From positions 1,550,001-1,614,000 of the forward strand of contig CDRNST010000382.1 in NCBI GenBank assembly GCA_977016875.1: 64,000 nucleotides of DNA. The letters are read 5' to 3'. Made by a program: the position numbers and the translations under genes. Shown here piece after piece: positions 36,901 through 50,010 of this stretch (the stretch's first letter is position 1; every line of letters starts with the position of its first letter). The notes under the pieces were generated by a model that was given only the letters and a program-made list of their open reading frames with translations, made no database searches and was not told the origin of the DNA. This stretch comes from Pavona decussata. Its lineage: Eukaryota.

Positions 36901-37768
36901 TTGTAACTTGCGCAGTTGTCGTTTAAAAAGCAATCGATTTTATAATGCATGTTTTAATCATTCTCTTTTTGAATAGAAGATTAGGTCATCGTCAGCAAAA
37001 CCGCTTTAAACCGCGCAAATTTATTTTGTAACTCTACGCAGAAGGCGGTAATTTAATTTTCGTCGCGGGAAGACTTTTCAAGGAAAAACGATATTTTGTG
37101 CCATGTTGCGAAAGAAATCGGGCTACATGTATTTGCGTTAAAATACTAAGCAAAAGGGAAGCTTAAGGCATTATAGAAAAGGAAGAAGCAAGAAAAAAAA
37201 AAAAAAAGAAAAGCGAATCTTGCTTATTAGCTACTCCAGACTACTGTAGAAAACATGGTACTATCTCTGCTATAGCTGATATATTGTTGTTTTTTAATAG
37301 CTGTCCTCGATTTAATATTTGGTTTCAAAAAGAAAAAAAAAAAACTGACTGTCGTCGTGTCGAACCGGTCCACGAAAAATGTAATTGACTCCGGCCTTGG
37401 TTAAGCGCGTCAATCGCTTGCGCCAACGAAGCGACAACAATAAAAGCGCATCAATTATACCGACACATTACTTGTATCGGCTCGAACAGCGAGCGGCTAA
37501 TCGGACGCTTCGCTGACTTCATTGTTCAGCGAAACAAAAGGTTTCTTTTGTTTCTCGTTCAACAAAAGATCTCCAAAGGAGGCCGCTTGGAAAACTGAGT
37601 TTTTTGCATACGTTATTTCTCGAAAACGAAGAGCAAATCAACGAAAAAAAATACAGGGCAATGTTTGTTGCCTAAAACGAAGCTCACATGCAAAAATTGA
37701 GACAAATCCGAGAAGAAAAAAAAAACGGCCTAAAATTCGACATAGGTCGGTTATGCTCTCAGCCCTTC
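33977..37768. mobile_element. 3.8-kb foldback / long-TIR non-coding element
   Basis: Near-identical inverted arms 33977-~34410 vs ~37335-37768, and 34636-34890 vs 37057-37316. Termini GAAGGGCTGAGAGC...GCTCTCAGCCCTTC, flanked by AATT on both sides. Confidence 0.85.
35509..35700. mobile_element. ~190-bp MITE with internal 17-6-17 palindrome
   Basis: TIRs AGTAAATCTACTAGT / ACTAGTAGATTTATACT. Internal CGCTACTCACTATCTAT-cacaga-ATAGATAGCGAGTAGCG. Confidence 0.7.
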
Positions 37769-37899
37769 AATTATGACAACAACTGTCAATAATATTATTG
37801 GTTGTTGGCAAATGCTGTAAATGCGAAAGGTATCTAAGGAAAAACGCCACTTCTAAAAAGTTCATAGATTTATCCAGTTTGTTAATAGATTCTCTCGTT

Positions 37900-38036
37900 T
37901 AGAGATTCCCCTTTTTTGAGATTCCCCCTTTCAGAGATTCCCTGTTTTAGAGATTCCCCCTTTTAGAGATTCCCTATTTTAGAGATTTCCCCTTTTAGAG
38001 ATTCCCCGTTCCCCGTTCCTTGTTTTAGAGATAGCC
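37900..38036. repeat. Tandem array of ~17-19-bp (AGAGATTCCCC..TTTT) units, probably subterminal repeats of a DNA element
   Basis: About 7 units, followed by ccccgttccccgttccttgttttagagatagcc. Confidence 0.75.
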
Positions 38037-41000
38037 GTCTGCATTTTATATTGACTGATTTCTAGTCAGTGACTTACCAGTCTTTCAGCAAACGTTGAGA
38101 CAGTTTTATTTTTTCACTGCTTCGTTCACGGCAATCGCTTACCAATGGATAAATCAGCGTCCACTTCAAGTCTTTACAGTAACGTTGTTAAAGGGGATAC
38201 GGATTTCGAAGAAAGTCCCATGTGGCTGCGAAAATATCAGCAAGAAGACGAGGAGGACGCCTTGAAAAGAGCAATAGAGGAGTCAGTGAAGGTAAATATC
38301 TCAGTCGAAAAATGAAAGTCATTATACCAATCGATCAGTCTTATAAGGCGTTATTCTTCTTCTCCCGTATAGAAACAAGACACAGACACAGACAGCTCAG
38401 ACGATAGCCTATTAGAAGTAACTGGAGGATTCTCATCCACGGAAATGAAGGTACTCAATGTTCAGCCAAACAAAACCAGTGGTCGATCCAATACTAAGGA
38501 AGCTTGGTTGAGTCTCTATTTTATTGCCAACTTCAAGCGGTACGGGGTAGCCTAAATTTAGTTTTGTTTTCCGAAAATTTATAATGTGCAAAAGAATAGT
38601 GTTCTTATAGCTAACTTCACAAGAGGGGCTGTACTTATAACTGGAAACGAATTTTACATTTCGTAAAATACCCACCCACGGATTTGCCTACATGGACTAC
38701 AATCTTTGCCGTTTTACGGCTAGGAAAATTTCTTTGCAAAGTGTGGCATATTTTGGGCATGATATAAATTATTTGACACGCCCCTGTTTTAGCTAATTCT
38801 TATTTAAATGCCCTGTTCTGATTAGGTTAGAGATGTATCTGAAACTGAAGAATGCAACAATGTAAGGAAAACACTGCCCCCTACCAAGAAGAAGGTAAAT
38901 ACTGCCAAGTATTAGTTATTTGGACGCTCCTTTTTTTGAGATAAAATAAAAATTAAAGCACTCCAAATCTCCAAAGCTCGGCTACCTAACTGGGCCTTTT
39001 TCGGCCGGGCTGATGGCTGGCTATTGATTATTAACATTATTAAATGTTATCTTTGAAACTTTTTTTTTCCAATGCTACCCCTTAAATCTAGGAACTGAGC
39101 CTAATAATTTGGTTTTTTTTAACGTTAGGATAAGAGAAACGCTATTTTTGAATCTTGGGGAGAGGAGGACTTCTCTCCTGATGTTCCTGTGCTACCGCTG
39201 GGAAATTCCACCTATTGAGACGTGAGTAAAGTGAGTTAGAGTTGAAGCATTCCCATTGCAACCGCTGACGCGTTGGTGTCCACTCTCTGTCACCACGAAG
39301 TTATTCTGTCTTAAAGGAGGCTGAAAAGGGTTTTTGGCTTTGCGCTGGCTCGTGACGTTCACACGCCATAACACACCTCCGGAAATAATCGGAAGTCTTC
39401 ATAAGTGATCTTCGGCAGGAGCCCTGATCGGGTGAACTTCGGTGATCTTCGCAAAACCTCGGATGACCCTGGGCTTGTCTTGATCACGAGGTTTCTTTGA
39501 ACCAACTTCGGAAAACATTGTAATTTGCACTGAATTACCATGTTTCCTGAAAACTGCATTTTTCTTGGCTAGTCAGAATCGAGAATTTTTTATTGTGTAT
39601 ACAGTCGAATGGGCATAAACCAGCACTGCATTAAGGGGTCACCCTCTATTCAGCAGATGCCAAAGTTCCTAAAATTACTTCTCTTAATTACTGTCATTTT
39701 GACGTCTATAAAACGGTCCCAGCGAGCTGTTTCTATTGTATTGACCTGTTTTAAACGATCACTTTGTGAAAGGAAACCACTCAAATATGGTAACAAATAG
39801 CGTGCCAGTCAATTGAATTTCTAATGACCTACAATATTGATTGTAGGATCTTGGCATTAATGTTTTGTCTGTTTCTATACTATGTTCTCCTCTGTCATAC
39901 CATTTAATCGCTGCAATTTCTTAACCAAGTGAGTGATTTTTTGACCGCCTTGGTGCTTACCTCTTACGCTTCGTCGGTGCATGCTCTCCAAAGTTCCCAG
40001 TGTGCCAGTCCATAACTCGATATATGCACGCTAAGCATGGACCAATTTTTAAATTAACTTAGTTTACGTTAACTTACGTAGTAAGTATGAAACAAATGGA
40101 GGATAAACACCTTTTCTCTGGTACCAGCTGTATATCCTACATATTGATTTTCCTTTAGTTCAAGCAAGAAAACGCAGCTGAACTGAAGGAGACTGAAAAT
40201 CTTGCTTCGAAAAAAGGAAAGAGGAAACAGAAGTTTAAAAAGGAGGTAAGAGCTAGTCAGACACGTTTTTGTTTTATTAGGCACATCGTCCGGCTCTCAA
40301 ACGTTACAAAAACTCTGTCGCTCTGAAAATGCCCTAATTTGAAAAAACAAAGCAAAAACATAACAGCTGTTGATAGCCGAAATTCACTTTTTTCAGTACT
40401 TTAAGTAGTAATTCTGTTTTACTCGAAAGAAACATTTTGTTAGACGAATAGCGATTTCAGAGATGACAACAGTAATGAAATAATGTGGTCATCTTTTCTT
40501 GAACGTATTTTGAGTTCAACCCAGTTTAGGTCTCGTGAATCAATTGCCGTGATTTTGTATTTAAAATTGACGGACTTTGGGTTTCGTTTTAGGTTGCAAG
40601 GTCCAGTAACGATCTGACTGGTACTTTTTCCGGAGGGCCATTTTTAATCCACTTCACGACTTCTTCGCCCTAAAAAGAAAGTACAAGGTATGTACTGGAG
40701 AACAATCTCTCATTTGGTTGAATACCCGGTATCGCCATACTTGTTTTTTTTAAATTTAATTGATGACTGTTTTTTATTACTTTACAGGAGAATGCATAAT
40801 TACAAAGTAAAGAGATAATTGGTGCATTCACAGCTTGGTGTAAAAATACTGTGAGAGCCTGCTATATTATACTCGTTTCTACTGGAAGAATTTTCCGGCA
40901 ATTACAGAAAGAGTTTCCACAGTGGGTCGGCTCCTCGTCATTCAAAACGAAAAGTTTGTCCTAATGATGACAGCACTTTTGGTGCTGATAGGAGACAAGG

Positions 41001-41129
41001 GTATAGATCTCGACCATTAATTTTGGCGGGTTGGGGGAAAGGATTTGAAGGTGTGCGATGCATAACCCCACCCAAAGTTTTTAGAGAGTGCCCCCCCCCC
41101 CTTCAGTCAACCTTACTCTGTATTTTTCC

Positions 41130-42577
41130 CAGAAAGCAGATGTTCACGCAATGTGAATTGTTTCCTAGTTAAAAGCCTTTCAATAAAATCTTCCTCTTGC
41201 TCACCAGGGTCTATTCCAGTGGGACAGAAAGCGACGAGGATATACCAAACACGATCAAAAAACAACGGAAATACGACCCAGATATGTGGGAAAGCGCCCC
41301 AGTACACGACGTCACCTAGTTGCCCAAAGGTATCGATGGTTTCGTTGTTTACAACATAGTCAACATCAGCACCGGTACAAATAAAAGAGCAGCACTCGCC
41401 ACTGATGGAAGAAAATGGAAAAAAAGTACTGTCACTCATTGGAAAAAATGCGGTCCTATGCGATATGCTAACTGCTATGGATCGTATAGATACAAAAATG
41501 ACAAATGCCCATTTAGAACGGAGTATGGAGTTATAAACAAAACTCAGTTCAAACGTAATCAATACGGCGAGGAAATTTGCCAAATCTGTGAAAGAGTGGG
41601 TGAATATGCACCTTGCACCGCACAGCGATACATAAGGAAAGGCAAAAGGAGCGTGAAGGTATTCCACCTTGGTACCCACACATGCCCGCTATTACAAGAC
41701 AAGTGAAAGAAATGTTCCAAAAAAATCCGAATTTAACACCAAGTGAAATACAATCATTATAAGTAATGTCGTCTTTAAGAAAAGGAGAAGACTGGGAAAC
41801 GGTAGAAAGTACAGCGGCAAAGATAGTGGACAGAAAGTGGATTTCGAACCAGAAACAAAACGCCAAGAAAGAAATTCACCCCAGTGGCGAAAACTTCGAG
41901 GCTGTTGTTACATTTAAATTATATTGCGACGCAAAAGACAATCTTCTAGTCTATGAGGTCAATGACAGTCGTGGTAATCTGGACATGCCGTCTTTTGTCT
42001 TTAAGATGAGCCGCGAAAGAATGGATATTGCCATGAAGATGAACAAGGATGGGGACCATTTTCTGCGGGAAGAGTATTGCTACTTTGATGGCAAAGTAAA
42101 GCGCTGTCGAAATATCGTCACCTTGACAGCAAGCACTTATCATTCCCTTCTCAAGAAACAGATACCCCTAGCCATCATGGAGACACAAAGAGAAAATTCC
42201 CAAAATGTAGAACTGTTCTGGACTCTTTTCCAGGAAGCTTATAAAGTTGTTGCTGGTGATGACATATGTCTTTCAATCCGAAAGGCTGGTGTACAGATAT
42301 GGCTGGTGTCAACATGAACGGTTTACAAAAGGTGTTTGGAGACAACGTTCTTACACGCATCAAAACATGCGAATTTCATTTCAAAGAAAGCAGAAACAAA
42401 ATGGCAAAGAAACTTGATGAAGATGACGGAAAGGTTTTCAAGGAGCTTTGCGATCAAATGCTAGCTTCCAGCTTGGAGACAAGCTATTTAAATGCCAAAA
42501 AAACCCTGAAAGAATTTATTCAAGAAAAGACAGAGCGTCAATTTCTGAGTTCCTGGATGAAGTGGTGGGACAGTTGA
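41130..42577 (+). pseudogene. MuDR/MULE transposase pseudogene (Zn-binding DNA-binding domain + DDE), 3'-truncated
   Basis: DGRKWKK...YANCYGSYRYKNDKCPF...HLGTHTCP; YCYFDGKVKR (D1); WCTDMAG (D2); KTCEFHFKES (CxxH). Frameshifted. Confidence 0.8.
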
Positions 42578-42900
42578 CGAGTATTTATTTTTGGTTTCAT
42601 GAATAGATTACTGTATTAAATCTATTTTTGATTTGTTCGGGACAGCCTTTATAATAGACTGGTCTGGTCGGAAAAGAGTCGTAATGGTCACGCAACGACA
42701 TCACGCTAGGTTGTCACGCCAGGTGGGACAACATGTTACATAAACAATACATGAAAGGGATGCCTACATAAACAAAGAATCAAATTTCAGAATTGGCAGA
42801 AAGGGACAGGAGGGTAAGCTGAATCGATTACGAGGGGATAGACTTGAGCTCGCGATGCTTGAGGAATAGGTGCAGTTGTCAGCAAAGTTGCACATACTTT

Positions 42901-43640
42901 ACTGAAATCATCCCTTCCCCTGAAGAGTTAGTGGGAATTTTCCTTAGGTTGATAGACCCACCAGATTCCCAAAATGGCTTTGCAGTTTTACCATACATCA
43001 AAGGCGTCACTTTACCACTTACAAGAATTTTTAACAAGAACGGCATCCGAGTCACCACCAGACCGGTCAAGACCCTGCAACAAGAATTTGTGTCTCCTAA
43101 ATCTAGACCCCCATCAGATCGGCAAACGAACATTGTCTATAAAATCCCCTGTGCGGACTGCACATGGAGTTACATTGGAGAAACGAGCAGATGTTCACAC
43201 ACTAGAAAAAAGGAACATATTCGAAACACCAAAGTTTTTAAAAGTGGTTCCAACGTTGCCAGCCATGCGTGGCTCGAAGGCCACACTATTGATTTCGAGA
43301 ATGCACGTGTCATCGACAGAGGCAATTCACGCGTAAGAAAAACGCTGGAATCTTGGCACACTGCGATAAATAGCCAGGCAGACAATAATGCTAAACATCT
43401 GCCAAGACAATACTCAATTTTATTATAACTTTATTCATGTCATCAATATTTTTTCTTCACAGTAGTATTTCCCTTATATTATTGTATTTATTCAAATTTG
43501 TTCGTTATTTTTTTTCTCACCTCTCTGTATATATATTTCTGCCTTCGCTTTTTACATCTCACTTTTTAAAGATTGCAGACTGGCAATCGAAAGCTTAGTG
43601 TTTTTAAACTTTTAACCAGAGAACGTTTTTAGAAATTCTT
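42901..43640 (+). mobile_element. 5'-truncated Penelope copy with open GIY-YIG frame
   Basis: IVYKIPCADCTWSYIGETSR...RKKEH. Same family as 22125-26210. Confidence 0.88.
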
Positions 43641-43775
43641 TTTATATATTTTTATTCCATATTTGTTTTTGTTCCGAGAGGGATTTTTTTTATTTTTTTC
43701 CTAAGTAGTATGAAACACATGATCACATGACCACAAATGCACTTTTTCCATTCTGCCATTTTGGCCTTCGGTCAC

Positions 43776-46567
43776 ATGGAGGAAGAACTGTCCACTGCTT
43801 GTCATGCAGCCGCGGATGCCTTAGAGATTTTAAGAAATTTGAGACCTGGTTTTATGAGAAATGTTATACCTCGGATGAATTCAATGGCAGTCTCTGACAG
43901 TCAGCCGAACAACGGGGATCGTCAGGTGAAGAACGGGGAACTGCAGTTGAATGAATGGCTCGAACCAAGCTAGTAGGAAAAGCACTAGTCGAAGACCAGC
44001 AAGGTCAAAGCAGACCATTAAGTCGACCAAAGGCCGCCCATCCAAGAAACTTGTTTTCAAGGATCTAGACCTTATTTCCAGTCCCAAAATCAACAAAGTA
44101 CCTACACACACAAGCCGACTTCAGTAAGAAGAGAGAGAACTTGTCTGCCACGAGTTTCCCTTTGACAAGAGCTGGGATGCAAATTACCTCAAAGCTGCTA
44201 TACTGAGTAGATTTCCAAAGCTGTTGCTATTTGAACATGTCAAGGTGGGTAACTTTCCACTTGTGTTATAAGCTTAAACATTGTTCTAGGTTTAATGCAA
44301 TAATAATATTATCGTTGCTGTTCAGTTTGTGCATTTGTTGTGGCTGCACTATTTTGAATACCCATTTATACTATTTTGCCAACAATTTACCCACACAAAA
44401 GGATACCTGCAGTGACCCGCGTAATGGACGTAGAAGTTGTTGGGTTATTCAAACTTACTCTGGTACTGCCCTGCTCTCACCCCCTCATTTATTGTATAAT
44501 TTCTCCTTGCTTGTGACATAAGCTTAACTTAATTACTCTTTCATTCAATTTACCCTTGACTTTTGCAAAACGCCCGCAAGTAACATGTTTTTCTTAACCT
44601 AGCCATGTTATGGAAAGCTAATAACTCCTAAGTTGGCAGATGGCATAACTCTGGATGCAGAAAGAGTGACCAGGATGGCTGGTCAAGGAGCTGTTTATGT
44701 AAGATCACTGATGCCTTTGGAATCTGAAGATGAGGTTGAAACTGCAGAGGAGCTAGAGAATTCAGTATTACATAGCAGTCCAAGGTGGAATTTTTCGTGT
44801 GAATTTTTGCAATGAACAAGATAAAACCTGTATAGATTTCTTTTAGCTTTTTGGCCTCACTGCAAATGCTTTTGTGAATTTTATGTGGTAGCTTCCCAAT
44901 GCAGTGGAATAACCTTGTATATGATAGACTGGCATCCCAGCTCGTGCTACTAGACATGAAAATGGCTTTTTGTTGGAAACATTATCCGGTTTGTCTCCAA
45001 ACAGATTTGTCTATTTATTTATTGGTTTGTTTGCTCAGATATTTATTCAATCCTTTAGCAGGACACAAATTGATTTGGTCATTGCAATTCTCAAGGATTG
45101 AGTCAGCATAGCGCTAGTTACAGCAGATTCCCCCAAAAAAAGACAGGCAAGGAACGCTCAGATATTTATTCAATCCTTTAGGAGGACACAAATTGATTTG
45201 GTCATTGCAATTGTCAAGGATTGAGTCAGCATAGCGCTAGTTACAGCAGATTCCCCCCAAAAAAGACAGGCAAGGAACGTTTGAGACAGAAGGACTGGTA
45301 GGTATTGACAGGTTCAATATCCTTTCACCAAAATTCTACCAACAGCAACCCATTCGTCCCTTTGACAGTCATGTCTTTCAAATGGTACACGCTCATTTTT
45401 TCCAACAAAAAGGGAATCATATGTTTCTTACCAAAAAGGAGAGAAAACATCTCTAAGCAACCCAACACCTCTGCCCATTTCTTCAACTACCCTAGCATCA
45501 ATAATGATTATCTCTATGTCTGGACTCATAATTAACGGATCTCTGAATAAGTTAACCAAATCCTTCTTAATATTTAACCTGTGCACTCGGGTGATACGTT
45601 TTGGTAGCAGTTGAGGTACAGGTACATGCTCAGATGATGCATGAACAATATCAGAGTTACTGACTAAAACAAGTGCATTTACTGGAACAGGTAGCTCAGA
45701 TGATGCCAAAACAATATCGAGTTACTGCCTGTCTCTACATCATTCAACTCTGTATTTTGGTGTGATGTTTCTCCTTCAGTTGGAAATGGTACACAATAAG
45801 GTTGTGCAGATACCTGGTAGTGGTGGGGCACCAGTAACACTAAAAGAAATATGAACTTGTCACAAACCATAAAAGAGTCATCTAAGTGGCAATGACGTAA
45901 CATACTATGAAGTGTTCATCTTTACCCAAATATCCACAATCACATGGAGATTACATTTAGGTAGATGAAAAATGATTGATTTACAAGTGCCTTGCTGGTG
46001 ATATGAAGTGGGAAGACGAAGATGAAATGTCCCAGATTTTAGAAATACTTAGTAACTATGACTGTCGAATTATGGTAAATTCTGATAATGTCATTCCAGT
46101 TATTGAAGAAATAGCCCATAAGGAGCTACTGCAGAAGCCACAGTATATTGCAGAGTGCTTGAAGGATATAGTTTTCACACTCCTTCCTAGTTTTCCTGAT
46201 TTTACAGCACTTTCCAAAAGGTATGAATTGTTAATACCATCCACAAGCAAAATCCTTAGTTGCCTAGAGGCAAACCCTGAGAGTTATGGGGAAAGGGATA
46301 GCCTTCAGTTTCTCAAATGGTATATTAAGGGCTTGGACACACCTCAGAAATTATCAAAGTTTGTATGGTTTTTCAGTGGCTCAGAGGTAATGCTTTTTGA
46401 AACAATCCAAGTAAATTTTACCAACTTATCCGGTTTGGGTTACCGACCTATTGCCCACACCTGTAATACTGTTGTACCTATCCTTGACTTATCATTCCTT
46501 TCCTGAACTTAGAGGGGAGTTCAGTGCAATACTTGCATCAGATTATTGAGAAATGGATATTGCGTAA
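43776..46567 (+). pseudogene. Multi-exon HECT-like E3 ligase pseudogene with internal inversion
   Basis: + strand exons at ~43776-44243 and ~44622-44800. HECT N-lobe (EMGRGVGLLRDVFSPFW; YLPVLLSQTFLACLF) lies on the - strand at ~45030-45790. C-lobe on + strand with RPIAHTC, ending EMDIA*. Confidence 0.65.
45033..45278. repeat. 123-bp tandem duplication
   Basis: 45033-45155 and 45156-45278 are nearly identical. Confidence 0.9.
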
Positions 46568-49500
46568 TATGCCTTGTGACGAAATGAAGACCATTATATA
46601 GATAAATTATATCAGAAAAAAGTTGAAGGTATAATAGTAAGATCCCGTGCACGATGGAATGAACATGGGGAAAAGAACTCCAAGTACTTCTTCAATCTAG
46701 AGAAACGAAATCATATCAAGAAACATAAGAAAACTTCGTATGAGTGGTGTTATTACTGATCCATTTGAAATTTTGGAAGCAGAAAAGAATTTTTATGAAA
46801 ATCTTTATAAATCCAGACATAAGCAGTGTGAACAAAATGGATCTTCTTTTAGCTTTGAAAACTTGGAAATACTGACACTTTCAAATTAATCTAGGCAACT
46901 TGGTGAGGGTATAATTAGCCTGTAAGAATGCACCAAGGTGCTAAACTCCTTTCCTTCAAATAAAGTTCCTGGATATGATGGGCTACCTGTAGAATCTTAC
47001 AAAACATTTTGGAATTTAGTTGGAAATATCTTAGTGGATTGTCTCAATGAGTCATTTGTGAAAGGGGAAAAGAGCTCATCGCAAAAACAGGCACTTATTT
47101 TTTTTTAACAATTTTTATTTGCATACATGACATGAGATTTACAAAACTGAGCACTATTAACATATTAACATTACTTACAATACACAGAGTTTTAACCGAA
47201 ATGACTATATCTACATTGTTAACAATACTTACTATACTTACACAACTAAAAGTGCTTACAATGTTAACACTACTTACAGGAATAACGCTATGTCTTTTAG
47301 TGAACACTTTTTCTTATTTTTACTAACAAAACATTACTTTACATCAAATACAATTTTTACAAATTTTACAGTGATTCCGTACAAAATGATCAAGCTAGAA
47401 AGCAACTGCTAAAGATTCTTACTAAATTAAAAGAAAAAAATATATATTTATATAAAGTATTTTTTAAGAAATATTAACTGCCCATCTAAGTCTAAAATTT
47501 GACAAACACTTATTAGCGACAGCAATCTGTTGTAGAGTCTGAATTTTATTGGAAAGTCGTAAAAGGAAGCTCTGGAAACTCAGTACACCCCCGCCTTTGC
47601 ATGTACAGAAGATGTGGTATTTTGCCATGAGTATTAAGTAGTTTAAAGCCTGCCAATAAGAAGATTTTTCGAAAAAGCCGTAAAGTATATTACTTTGATT
47701 TAAAGAAAGCTTAACATGGGCTTTTTGTAGCCACCAGTCTTGAAATGTAATCCAGAAGGAGTGCACTTCGGTGCAGAGGACGAACAAGTGGTATAAGGTT
47801 TGTCTCTCATTTTTGCACAGAGGACAGATGTCGCTTTCGGCTATTCCATCACGGTGTAAGCTAAATTGGGTGGGTAGTATGTTATGTATAATTTTATACT
47901 GAAACATCACTAGTTTGACTTCTTTTGTAATTTTAAACGGTAACTGGTATACTTTGTCAAGTGTTTTTTCGGTAAAGCTATGTCTCAAAATTTTATTCTG
48001 GGAGGTTGGTGGTTCAAATGTATCTATTAAGATTGACGAGTAGATAGAGCTAGTGGACAAGTTTGTCACGGAGTTTTCTTCAGCGTTGGTATGATTCTGC
48101 GGAGTTATTGTTTTTTCCACAAAGATGGAATGGCATCTAACAAACCATAAAATGTTGTAAAGGGCAACTGTACGTTATACACTCTTAAACTCAGAGTAGC
48201 TGCAGAGAGATTTTCGTGTCTGTTAAATAAATCACATACGTAGACGATATTGTGGGAAAACCATCTTTTGTACAAAACCCGTTTCTTATCAATTAAAATA
48301 TTGCGATTGTTCCAAAGAATTTCATTTTTAAAGTCTACCTTATTTTTCTTTGACTTTTTGAAGTCATGCCAATACAACAGAATTGAACGGTAGAAGGGGG
48401 AAAGGTTTTCCAGCAGCGAGAGCATCTTAGGATCGTAATTGCATCTGGTTAAGAAAAAGAGGTTACCATGTTGTTGGACCATAACATCAGGAATAATTTT
48501 CCAAGAGAAGGGTACCAGTTTAGGATATCAGGTCCAAAACTGAAAACGAAAATGGCAGCTTTGAGGTAAGGCCATTCAATCGAGTCAAAAGCTTTTTTAA
48601 AATCTAGAAATATAGCGATCCCTTTTTTTCATGTCAAGTTTGTATGCTCTATTATGTCTTGTATTAGCCGAACATTTTCACCAATGTAACGGCTCTTCAC
48701 ATAACCAGTATGATCAGGGTTGATAATGCTTGGAAAAACCTTTTCAAGTCTTTTAGCGATGGCTTTAGTGACGATTTTATAATCAACATTTAGGAGCAAT
48801 ATAGGCCGCAAGTTCTCTAACAAAGTTTTGTCTTTAAATTTTTTGAGGATAAGTGAGATAATACCTCTCCTTTGGGATACAGACAGCTTTCGAGATTGGA
48901 ACAGAAAATTAAAACTTTCCGTCATTTCTCTATTGATTTCAGGCCAGAAAAAGCGATAAAATTCAGCAGGAAATCCGTCAGTACCAGCAGTTTTTCCCAC
49001 TTTAAAATCCTTAAGAGCGTTATGGCATTCTTCAGAGGTGATTTGACCTTCACAGGATAGCCTTTCATCTTCGTTTAAAGGAATAAATGTTTTCTAGATT
49101 TAAGAAGGGGGAATTTTTTAACTTTTCAGCGTCTATGTTCTTGGTTTTGTAAAGAGATTCATAGAAGCATTTTTCTTTATCTAGAATGTTGAATTGATCT
49201 TCTGTGTACACGTTTTCAGTAATTGTTAATCTTGCTATTGCCTTATTGGTGTAATTTCGTTTTTCGAGGGAATAGAAGTATTTTGTATTGCGCTCACCAT
49301 CCTTGTGCCATCTCACTTTACTTCTGAGGATCGCACCTTTTGTCCTATATGTCATAATTTTTTTCAGACGAGATTTTTCTACTTGCAATTCATGTATGAT
49401 GTTTTTGTTGTGTGGTTTTTCCTCAGCTTGTCCTTGCAGCAAGTTTACCTTTTTCTGCAGAGAAATTTCTTTTTCCCTTAACATTTTCGCTTTCCTCTTT

Positions 49501-50010
49501 GAGTATTGTACCGTAAATCCTCTCATTTCCATTTTAATAAATCCCACTTTAAGCCTAAACCGGGTAAATCAACATACTTCGCCTTAAAACGTTGAAGACT
49601 TTCTCGTAAAGCTGCGATGTAAGTCTCGTCTGTGAACAGTGAAGTATTAAATTTCGAAAACCGGGACCTTTCTTCTGAGCTGATGCTTCTGATTGCAGGT
49701 GAATAGATACAGCTGAATGATCGCTTTCAGGAGCCCATAAAATTTCACACTTCTTTGTCAAAGCGCAAAACTCTTTGGAAATTAAGAAGTAATCTAACCG
49801 GCTTTGTATTTTTAAGGATTTATTTCTCCAAGTGAAACGAGATAGGTTAGGATTTGTACTTCACCAAATATCGCACAAGTTGTACGAATCACAAAGGGTT
49901 TCAATTTGTTTTATGACAGACGCTTTTCTTGTAGCAGGGTTTCCACCGGTCTTATCTTTCTGGGAGAGTGGACGATTAAAATCGCCACCAATTATTATAC
50001 TCTCTCGGGC

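Noticed and set aside
37900-38036. CRISPR-like regular repeats (also 8720-9060)
   Set aside because: No constant-length unique spacers, no cas genes, eukaryotic context; these are transposon subterminal repeats.
47095-47340. Hydrophobic short ORFs on both strands
   Set aside because: Degenerate tandem repeats of a LINE 3' UTR.
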